DNA of 52,308 nt from the NCBI GenBank assembly GCA_039922815.1, contig JBDTDX010000353.1, forward strand, positions 1 through 52,308, read 5' to 3'. The notes beneath the pieces are model-generated. The model made no database searches, had not been told where the DNA came from, and was given only the letters and a program-made list of their open reading frames with translations. The DNA comes from Granulicella sp. GTDB taxonomy: Bacteria; Acidobacteriota; Terriglobia; Terriglobales; Acidobacteriaceae. The position numbers and the translations under genes are program-made. How positions within the stretch are numbered: position 1 is the stretch's first letter; each line of letters starts with the position of its first letter. Positions 18,909 through 28,700 of this stretch are shown in pieces.

Positions 18909-21900
18909 AACGGTGCATTCAGCAAATCGGTTGAGGGTTTCTTTCCCGAAGAAGCCGCATGAGAGCTTGAACTGGAACTCTTACGAAGCTTGCGTCTCAC
19001 GCACTCCGCCATCTTCGTTGCGCCCGGACCAGAGAACATGCCTGTGTGATCGCCAGGAAGAGGAATGATTTCGACGCCGGGTCGAAGATAGTTCTTCCAT
19101 CCCATATGGCTGGGAAGTGTTCCTCCGCGAGGCTGCTCCGCGCTTCTGAAAACCAAAGTTCTCTCGTCGGAATACGGTATCGGCCGGTAAGTAGCGGCTG
19201 CAGCGTCCATCATCTGATCAAGTGGCGTTTGGGAGATGGCTACAGTCCCCGACTGACCGATCATGCGTTTGAGAGCGGCGCCAAAAGTGCGCCGAATGCT
19301 TTGTCGAAGCGGAGCAAATCGAGACCATAGACTAGCTTCGACAGCGTTGCTGGTAAATACTTGCCGAGTTTCATAGAAAAGCCTATGTGTGTAGTAAGAA
19401 GTACGTCCGAATACCTTTGCTAATCCACGCATGTCCCGCCAGAAGTTTGGCGCCCATGCATCGAGAATGAGCAGCAGTTCGACATCTTCCCCCGCCGCGC
19501 GTAGCTGTTGCGCCATCTCGTATGCAACCCACCCAGAAATACACCAACCGCCAAGACGATATGGACCGGTGGTCCGGGCTGCACGCAGGTGCTCTATGTA
19601 GAGTGCCGCGATCTGCTGCATGGAAGCATGCAGTCCAAGTCGCTCTACATCCTCTTGCGCGAATTGGATAGTGAAGGTTGGTTGACTGGGACCGAGTTGT
19701 CTCGCAAACTCACGCACAATCATGCTTTGCGAGATAACGAAAAGTGGATTATCTGTACCTTCTGGTTGAATCGGGATGATTCGGGTAAGTGGAGAGGAGT
19801 CGCTACGAAGATCACGATTCATACGGTAAACGAGCAGCTCGCACGTCGGGGCGGCGAAGATATCGGCCGCAAAGATACGATAGCCGAACTTTTTTTCGAG
19901 GGCAGCCTGGAGACGTGCGAGGAGGAGGGAGTGTCCGCCGAGAGAGAAGAAGTTATCGCTTCCGGTAATCTGCTTTCGGCCAAAGAGCTCCTGCCAGATG
20001 TGTACCATCTCCGCTACTTTTTCCGGCGACGCAACGGGCATTTCTGTTTGAATTGACGGAAGTGCTGGAACCACATTTCGCCTTTTTGCTTGGGCCTCTT
20101 CACAGATCTGTTTGACCCGCTCGGTCAGGCCTGCGACCTTGAGGAGTTGCTTGCGTGGAGCGAGTACATAGCAGGAAAGAGAGAGTTCGAAGTCCTCAAG
20201 AATAAGTGCTGCCAAATGCTGACTCATCGACGTATCTGTGGCTGTGAACTCCACATCGACCTTGCCACCGCGGTCGATGACCGCCAGATGCCAGTCGAAG
20301 CTGAAGTCGGCAAGATGATTTTCCATAGCAAGCAATGTCAAGTGATCGCCGGTGAGATCGCGAACAAACGCTTCTTGATACATGAAGCCGATCGAAACGG
20401 CAGCCCCTCGCTCAGCATTACTATGCCGCAACCGCTCCATTAGTTGCTGGAGGGATAAGGTGTGCTCCACTGCAGAGAGTAATGAATTTTGCGTGGTCTG
20501 AAGGGCAGCTTCAAACGTGGTGCCGACTGAGGAACGTAGCAGCAGTGAATCGGCAAAGGGACCTACGATTGTTTCAGTTCCCGGAGCTCGGTTCGCAATG
20601 GGCATCGCGATAAGAAGAGTGGATAATCCGGTGTATTTTAGCAACAGAGCACGATAGCCGGCTGCATAAACACTGGCCACTGTGACGCCGTAATCTCTTG
20701 CAATCTGTGTAATGGTGACGGAGAGCACGGGATCAATGTGTCTTGTCGCAGTGACGGCAGAGACAGAGTCTTCATGGATTGCGTCTGTTGGCAGATTCAG
20801 ATGGGGTGATCGCTCGCCAAGGATTTCGTCCCAATAGGCAACGCGCTCCTCAATACTCGGGTTCAAGTCCGTGTTCCTGACAGCCGCCTCGCCGAAGGAG
20901 CCTGTGAGGTCGGTGAATTCGGGAGCTCGCCCGGCTGTGATTGCGTCATAGGCCACAAGGAGTTCGCGCATCAGAATGCCACAGGACCAACCGTCGCTGA
21001 TCATGTGTGAGAGTGTGAGGGCGAAGAAGCTGCGATCACCAGAGACGACGACGAGGACACTCCAAAGAGGACCCCGTTCGAGGTCGAACGGAAATTGCTT
21101 TTCCTGGTCGAAGAGATTGAGGACAGCTTCCGCGTCAATCATTCTATTATCGGGGTGAATGTGAAGCGGGATATCAATGCAGCTACTGACGTGCTGCCGT
21201 ACGCTACCGTTCTGTTCGACGAAAACTGTCCGCAAAGCATCGTGTCTCGCGGCCAGTGTGTGCAGAGCTTCTTTGAATATGACAGGCTCAAAAGAGCCTT
21301 CGACCGCATACCGGATATGTAGATTGAGTCGATTACTGCCAGGGTCGATGCGGTTTAGAGCCCAGTAGCGTTCCTGGGTCGCGCTGAGTGGAAATGAAAT
21401 TTGATGTCCTTTGTCTGTTGGGATTTCCATTGACGGCAGCGTGGGGTTTGTCAGCGACGACAGTGAAGCCAGAGGATTCTCACATACGGTCTTCAAAACC
21501 CTCTGATAATGGTGCAGGAGCCCAAGCGCCACAGTAGGCGTGTAGCTCCCATCGGTTTCACAAGAGAGCCGCCACCCATCGCTGCGTTCCACGAGAAATA
21601 CCGTAAGCTCATGCAGCGCGCCCGGACTGACGGACGGGATGGCGGATAACTCGATGCTCTGTGTTTTACGTGAGTGGACAAAGTCACGTTGACAAATGAA
21701 GACGGTGTTAAAGAGGGATTGATTCACCAGCCCTTGAGCCTGAAGTATGTCTTCGTAGCGGAACTCGCTGTGCTCTAGAGCTTCACGTAAAATCTCAGCG
21801 TGAACCGCCAGGATCTGCTCGAAATTGCTGCAATTTTTTGACGTGAGCTTTAGCGGCAGGTAGTTGACGAAAGGACCGATCATCGTCTCAAGCTGCACCT

Positions 21901-22756
21901 CGGGCCTAGATGCGACTGGAATTCCAATAATTGTATCGAGCTTGCCAGCCGCACAGGCGAAAACGGTAAGTGACAACTGCGAGAAGGTAACATCCAATCG
22001 CTGACAGAGTTTCCGCGCGGCGTCAGTAAGTGCGCGAGGTAGGAGAAGAGATTCGATGTGCGCCCCCGCTGTGGAGGTCTTTTCCACCAACGAAGACCCA
22101 TCAGCAGCAGATACTCCTTCGAGACTGTGCAACCAGTAGGCAGCGTGCGCCTGGTATGCGGAACTCTGACGCTTCTCTTTCAGCCAAAGCGTGTAATCGG
22201 CGAACTGCAATGGGGGTTCAATCTCGGCTTGCTGTGTATTCAGCAATTCCAAACCTTCGTACGCTGCCAGCAATGAGTCCGAAAGGAGACCGATCGAAAC
22301 GCCATCCATGATCGCATGATGCGCGGTAACCAACAGATAGTGAATTTCCGAATCGCGGCGGACGAGCCCAACGCGCAACAAGGGACTGCGCTGCATCGAA
22401 ATCGGCTTTTCGGCTTCCTCCCGTGAGATGCGATCGAGGTCAGCCTCAAAGTCGATCGAGTTGCTGCAATCCTCGAAGTAAAGGGTTACGGCGAGCGACT
22501 CGGCCACGAGCTGATTTATTTCACCATTGGCAAAGGCGAAGTGTGTACGCAGGATCTCGGTTCGGGCGACGACATGGTTGAGTGCTTGCTGAAAACGCGG
22601 GACCGAGAGAGTCCCGATGAGTTTGAAGCGTACCGCCACATTCCATGCGGGATTAACCCCACCGACCTCATTGAGTCTCCAGATTCGCTCCTGCAACGGA
22701 GCCGCCGGGAAGGAGTACATCTGTGTATCAACATCAAAATCCAGTCCTGCACTCAT
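18899..22756 (-). CDS. NRPS protein C-C-PCP-TE with no adenylation domain
   Basis: HHAIMDG (near 22310), SHMISDG (near 21000), DNFFSLGGHSLL carrier motif, TE with GPYRLGGWCISG and PGDHTGMF. Confidence 0.88.
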   Translation of the reverse strand: MSAGLDFDVDTQMYSFPAAPLQERIWRLNEVGGVNPAWNVAVRFKLIGTLSVPRFQQALNHVVARTEILRTHFAFANGEINQLVAESLAVTLYFEDCSNSIDFEADLDRISREEAEKPISMQRSPLLRVGLVRRDSEIHYLLVTAHHAIMDGVSIGLLSDSLLAAYEGLELLNTQQAEIEPPLQFADYTLWLKEKRQSSAYQAHAAYWLHSLEGVSAADGSSLVEKTSTAGAHIESLLLPRALTDAARKLCQRLDVTFSQLSLTVFACAAGKLDTIIGIPVASRPEVQLETMIGPFVNYLPLKLTSKNCSNFEQILAVHAEILREALEHSEFRYEDILQAQGLVNQSLFNTVFICQRDFVHSRKTQSIELSAIPSVSPGALHELTVFLVERSDGWRLSCETDGSYTPTVALGLLHHYQRVLKTVCENPLASLSSLTNPTLPSMEIPTDKGHQISFPLSATQERYWALNRIDPGSNRLNLHIRYAVEGSFEPVIFKEALHTLAARHDALRTVFVEQNGSVRQHVSSCIDIPLHIHPDNRMIDAEAVLNLFDQEKQFPFDLERGPLWSVLVVVSGDRSFFALTLSHMISDGWSCGILMRELLVAYDAITAGRAPEFTDLTGSFGEAAVRNTDLNPSIEERVAYWDEILGERSPHLNLPTDAIHEDSVSAVTATRHIDPVLSVTITQIARDYGVTVASVYAAGYRALLLKYTGLSTLLIAMPIANRAPGTETIVGPFADSLLLRSSVGTTFEAALQTTQNSLLSAVEHTLSLQQLMERLRHSNAERGAAVSIGFMYQEAFVRDLTGDHLTLLAMENHLADFSFDWHLAVIDRGGKVDVEFTATDTSMSQHLAALILEDFELSLSCYVLAPRKQLLKVAGLTERVKQICEEAQAKRRNVVPALPSIQTEMPVASPEKVAEMVHIWQELFGRKQITGSDNFFSLGGHSLLLARLQAALEKKFGYRIFAADIFAAPTCELLVYRMNRDLRSDSSPLTRIIPIQPEGTDNPLFVISQSMIVREFARQLGPSQPTFTIQFAQEDVERLGLHASMQQIAALYIEHLRAARTTGPYRLGGWCISGWVAYEMAQQLRAAGEDVELLLILDAWAPNFWRDMRGLAKVFGRTSYYTHRLFYETRQVFTSNAVEASLWSRFAPLRQSIRRTFGAALKRMIGQSGTVAISQTPLDQMMDAAAATYRPIPYSDERTLVFRSAEQPRGGTLPSHMGWKNYLRPGVEIIPLPGDHTGMFSGPGATKMAECVRRKLRKSSSSSSHAASSGKKPSTDLLNAPLCL

Positions 22757-22780
22757 TGCTTGAACTCCGGAGATGAGAAG

Positions 22781-25700
22781 CTATGCCCGTTCGCAGGATT
22801 CCATCTGCTCAGTGCGCACCAGCCGATACTGATCTCTGGAAGCACGTTGCATGCCAATGGAGGTAGCCGCCGATATCGTTACCTGGGGAGCAACCGTTTC
22901 CGTCTCGCCGAGAGTGCTGCAGACGGCCTCCACAGTCTTAAGCTTCATGAGTTGGCGAGCAGTGACGGAGAGGCCGGCCTGCTGCGCTCGGGCCGCGATC
23001 TGGAAAATGTGCAAAGAATCGGCACCAAGCGAGAGAAGAGGCTGCTGAATGCTCACTCGATCGAGGGAAAGAACCTTGCACCAAATACTGGCAAGCTGCT
23101 TCTGTTTCGGTGTCTGCGGTTCAACAAACATGTTAGCCACAATCGTGGCGGTGAAGTCGGGCTCAGGCAGCCGTTTGCGATCCACTTTGTTATTAGCTGT
23201 CAATGGAAGCTCCGCCATCGGCACAATCATGGCTGGAACCATGTACTCAGGCAATGTGGCACTCAACGTCTGCTGCATAGCGCCTGTATCCGTAGGGAGC
23301 TCCGAGTTATGGGTAGTGTAGGCAACAAGTCGTGGAGAACCAGAGCGGTCGTTGCGGAGAACCACGAAAGCCTGATCAACACCTGGTAATGCACGCATTG
23401 CTGATTCGATCTCGCCGGGCTCAATGCGGAAACCGCGAAGTTTGATCTGATCGTCGAAGCGTCCGCTAAACTCCACGGTGCCATCTTCCCGGCGACGTAC
23501 TTTGTCTCCAGTGCGATACATCCGCGAGCCTGGGCGCGCAGAAAAGACATCATCGACGAAACGAGAGGCGGTAAGCTCAGGTTGGCGATAGTAGCCGGTG
23601 CCAACACCTTCGCCTGAGATATAAAGTTCCCCCGCGACACCATCCGGTACAGGCTGCTGGTTCGCATCCAGGATGTAGATCCTCTGATTCGGAAGACTTT
23701 GTTGAATGCCGACGGCACGATCATCGTTGAGTACCCGCTGATAAGCGGACCAGATCGTGGTCTCCGTGGGTCCATACATGTTCCATAGTGAACCACCCAT
23801 GTTGAGCAGGGAGTCAGCTAGAGCACGATCCCAACCCTCGCCTCCACAGAGCATTGTCAGGTCTGGCATCGGAGGAGGATTGGAGGCGAGCAGCATACGC
23901 CAGGTGATAGGTGTGGCCTGCATGATGTTGCTCCTGCTGGCTCGCAGCAGTGTGGAGAGCCTCGACCCGTCGGATACATCATCGCGCTGAGCGATAATAA
24001 CCGTCGCTCCGCAGGTAAGTGGCATGAGTAGTTCGACTGCTGCGATGTCAAACGAGAGCGTAGTGACGGCAAGCAGACGCGCCGTACCGTCGAAACCGAT
24101 GATCTCTGCCACTCCTGCAAGAGTGTTGATGAGGTTGCCATGGGTGATCTGTACGCCCTTCGGTTTGCCAGTTGATCCGGAAGTAAAGATGACATATGCA
24201 GCATCTTGCGGAGAAAGGAGAGGCAAATCAATCGTCCCATCGACGCTTTCGTCTTCGTCGACGACAAGAAGTTCAGGTGCGGCGCCATTGAGAACTGCTG
24301 CATTCTCATCGCAAGTTAGAAGAAGTCTCATCGAGGTATCGTTGCAGATGGAAGCGATGCGTTCCTTCGGGTAAACCGGGTCTAGAGGAACATACGCCGC
24401 GCCAGATTGCAGAATGCCTATCATGGCAGTGACCATCTCGATGGAGCGATCCAGGTAGATTCCTACCAGATCACCTTTCCCAATATTGCGAGCAACGAGC
24501 CGTTTTGCGAGCTGAGACGAGCTAGAGAACAGATCAGCATAACTCCGCTTCTGGCCATAGAACTCCACAGCAATGGCCTCTGGAGTTTCCGACACTTGTT
24601 TGCGAAGCTGATCGATCACAGTAATGACGGGAGCGATGCGGAGACCGGCTGGGTTGTTGAAAGCGAGTTGACGTGTCTGCTCCGCACTATCAAGAAGACA
24701 GAGATCGTTGATCTTTGTCTGTGGATCCCGTAGCACACCTTCCAGCATTTCGCGGTAGCAACCCAGCCAGTGCTGGATCGTCTGTTTGCTGTAAGAGGTG
24801 CTGTTGAAGTCGCACTCCAGGCGAAGGCCGCTCGGCGTATCTACGATATTGAGAAAGAGGTCAAAATTGACCGAGGTCTTCGCGTTGGCATGCCAGGAAC
24901 TCCGGAGCCCGGCAAACTCTGTGCCCGTAGCTTGCTTCTCGAGGTTGAACTGAATCTCACTCAATGGCAGCCGACCTAGCTGGCGCGGGATATTGAGAAG
25001 GTGAACAAGCGAGCCGAAGGTAAGCTCCTGATGTTCGTAGGCATCGAGGACCCGTTGCTTGAGAGCACCGAGGAAGCTGGCGGCGGTCTCTGTAGCAGCA
25101 GCTTCTCCGCGAATAGGCAAGAGATGCACACAGTGGCCGGCGAGTGTGTTTTCATCAAGCTGCGATTGCGCAGCGGAGGGAATGAGGACGACCGCCTCAC
25201 GCTGGGTGGCCAAGCGCATCAGCAGCATTTGCCAGACACCAAGGAGTGTCACGAAGAGTGTGCAACCCATGGCGCCCCCGCCCTTTCGCAACCTCGCTGT
25301 AAACTCCGGCGGCCACTCAAGAAGCAAAGTGTCTCCGCTAAAAGTACGCTCGCTAACCGTGGTTCGATTTTTGGGGAGTTCGAGCGGTATCGGTAGTTCC
25401 CGAAATGTCTCCATCCAGTAAGCTTGAGCGTTTTGTATTGTGGAATCAATGGATTCACGAGTGTTTCGGGCATAGTCGAGAAACGAAACTGGTTTGGAGA
25501 GTTCCAAGATGACGTGCTCTTTTGTGGCGGAGTAGATGGCGGCGAGTTCGCTGATGATGATATTGATCGACCATCCGTCGCAGATGATGTGGTGGGCGGT
25601 GAAGACAAAATCATATTTCCCGTCTGGAAGGTGGATGAGCCGCGCGCGCACAAGCGGACCTTGGTAAAGATTGAAGGGCGTCGCAGCGTCGGTTTTGAGA

Positions 25701-28700
25701 AGAAGCGTTAGCGCTGCGTCCGCGCTCTTTTGATCGAATTTGCTGAAATCGATTTGATCGAGAGGAATGTCTATCGAGCGGTTGATCCTCTGGATACCGG
25801 GAGTGCCCTCGAGAGTCAACCTGAGGGCATCGTGACGATGAACGAGCGCTCTCCAACTGGCCTCGAAAACAGACGTGTCAAGCGAGCCTTCGAGATGAAG
25901 ACTACATGACTCGTTGAAGGCACAATTCTCTTCATCGCCCATCTGTGCGGCTAGAAGAATTTCCATCTGCGGCTCGGTCAAGGGTGCGAGATTGGGATCA
26001 GTCGAAGCTGTTGTCGTATTTTTTGGCAGAAAGCCAACCGACTGCAGATCGAGGATGCTTTCGCGCAATACGACTAGAACCTGGGCCATATCCTTTGCAG
26101 TATGCGCGGTTGTCATATAGAGCGGAAAGTGTTCCATCGCATAAACTCCACGCTCGCGAAGAAGGGCAAAGAGAAGTCCGGTATTCCGAATTTCAGGCGC
26201 AATCGCAAGATAGAGAATGCTGCCGCACTGCTCGAGCGTGAAAGGAACGCCGAGCTCCGCAAAGAGTTGGTTAGCTTTTTCGGCAAGCTCCTCCGAAGAG
26301 CGATTAAGTGTTTGGTAAAGCTGTTCGCCACCATCGCGGATGTGCAGAAGAGTCGCATGCGTTGCTGCGAGAGCGAGCGGGTGACGGACGAAGGTGCCTG
26401 CAAAGAAGGTCATGCCGACCTCAGGAAGAGACGCATCACCAAACTGCCACTGGCCGCCGTCGAGAGCATCCATAAAGCGTGCCTTACCTGCGAGAATGCC
26501 AATCGGCATCCCACCTCCGGCCACCTTTCCATAGGTAGCCATATCGGCTTGGACACCGAAATACTCCTGCGCGCCCCCTGGTCGAACTCGGAAGCCGGTA
26601 ACGACCTCATCAAAGATAAACGCTGTGCCGGAGTCTTCTGTGATGCGACGAACCTCTTCCAGAAAGGCGCGCGGTTGCAGATTGGGGTGACGGCTCTGCA
26701 CGGGCTCTACGATGACTGCGGCAAGCTCGACTGCATGCTCGCGCAGGTAGTCGAGCGCAATCTGTTCCCCATACTCTAGTACAACGATATTGCCGACACT
26801 TTCGGAGGGAATGCCGGGCGCGCCGGGCAGGGAGACCGGCTGGCCATTTCGCCGAATACCACGAACCAAAACTTCGTCGAATTGGCCATGATAATCGCCA
26901 GCAAAGAAGACCACTTTGTCACGACCTGTAACGGTACGCGCAAGGCGCATAGCTGCCATGACCGCCTCGGATCCTGTATTGCAGAAGGTAACCCGCTCGC
27001 TATTGGTAATCTCTGCGATGAGCCTGGCGGTATCTCCGGCGAGGGGGCTCTGTGGACCTACCGCAAAGCATGCATCGATCTGTTCCTTCAAGGCATCGAT
27101 AACAAACTGCGGTCCGTGGCCAAACATGCTTGGTCCAAAACCATTGACCAAATCGATATATTCATTACCATCGATATCCCAGAGCTTCGATCCCTTTGCG
27201 CGCTCGACAACCAATCCATAGGTCATCTCCTTCCATTCTTTGTGGAAGCCATTAACAGCGCGTGGATCGGCTAAGACTCCGCGATGTTGCTGTGTGTAGC
27301 TCTTGGAACCAATAGTGCGCTTGCAGTATCGGGCTATCAGGTCATCGACGAATTTCATTTGCGCTGGTGTTACAGCGGTGGAAGCGGCGTTCTGCGACTG
27401 CTTCATGCGCGGTGAAGTCTTCAGCTCTACAATTGCTTCCGCACTTGAAGGAACCGGTGTAGCTAATGGAGCAGCGGTGGTGGTTGAAGGTGAAGCCAAC
27501 TGCGACTGCATCGACGTTGTAACGTTCACGTTCTGTTCAGGCATACTGCCCATCGCCTGCATCTGCAGGCGGAAAAGATCCGACATCGCATTAATTTGTT
27601 GTTGCATCAGCATCGCAGCGTTGCTGCCTACGCTTGAAGCAGCGAATGGAGTAGCGGGCGGAATCATCGTATCCGACGAACTCCGCGACAGCACGACCGG
27701 AGCGGACGGAATTCCTGCGGCGGCGACGGAAATAGGTGTTGCTGTCTTTTCCGCGGGCAGCTTTGTATCCAGGTACTCCGCAACTTTCCTTGGCGAGGAG
27801 AGTTCGTTCAGCAGTTGCCGAAAGGAAACGCCAACACCTTGTTTCTTCTGCAACTCCGTAGCAAGCTGAGTCAGAAAGAGAGAATCGAGCCCAAGCTCCA
27901 GAAAGGAGCTATCCTCGTCGACTTCGCTTAATTGCAATCCGGACAAGGCCTGCAGGATCTGCATAACATCATGGGTGAGACACGGAAGGCGATCGACAGT
28001 AGCATCCAGAGTTGGTTTCTCGCAGAGCGTAGGCATAATGATCTCGCTAGGTAGTTCAAAGTTTTGAATCGGCTGTTCCGTTGGAGTTTGTCGAATCACT
28101 GTAGTTGCTTCAGGCCAGAAGCGCTGCCGCTGAAAAGCGTAGGACGGTAATGGAACGCGGCATCGAGCCTCCGTGGCATAGAAGCTTTGCCAGTCGACGG
28201 GGACACCTAGCTTCCAAAGCTCGCCCAGCGTGACTTGCATGCGCTCGCTGTCGGTCGTTGCTTCCTGCAACGACGGAAGTGTCGAGCCAAAGAGAATGTC
28301 TTTCGGGGATTGTCGCCGGGCCAGATTGGAGAGAGTATTCCCAGCTCCGCACTCCAGTAGTGCAGCCGGCTTTGTAGTAAGCAGACAGTTGAGTGCCTGT
28401 GAAAATCGAACTCTTTCGCGACAGTGACGCGCCCAATAGGTCGGTGAGCTTGCTTGCTCTGGAGTGAGCCACTCACCGGTGACAGTGGAGGCTATGGGCA
28501 CCTCCGGAGCGCGAAGTTCAAATCCGGCAAAGATGGCTTCGAGCGGAGCGACCACGTTATCCACCATCGAGGAGTGGAATGCATGAGAGGTCTTCAGCTT
28601 CTGCACGGCAATGTTTTCTTTTTCCAGATGATTACATAGCTCAGCGATGCGATCTGAAGGGCCGCTGAGGACGACACTGGTGGGGGCATTCTCAGCAGCG

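Noticed and set aside
22541-23389. 282-aa plus-strand ORF and other antisense ORFs over the synthetase genes
   Set aside because: Opposite well-supported genes and lacking protein motifs.
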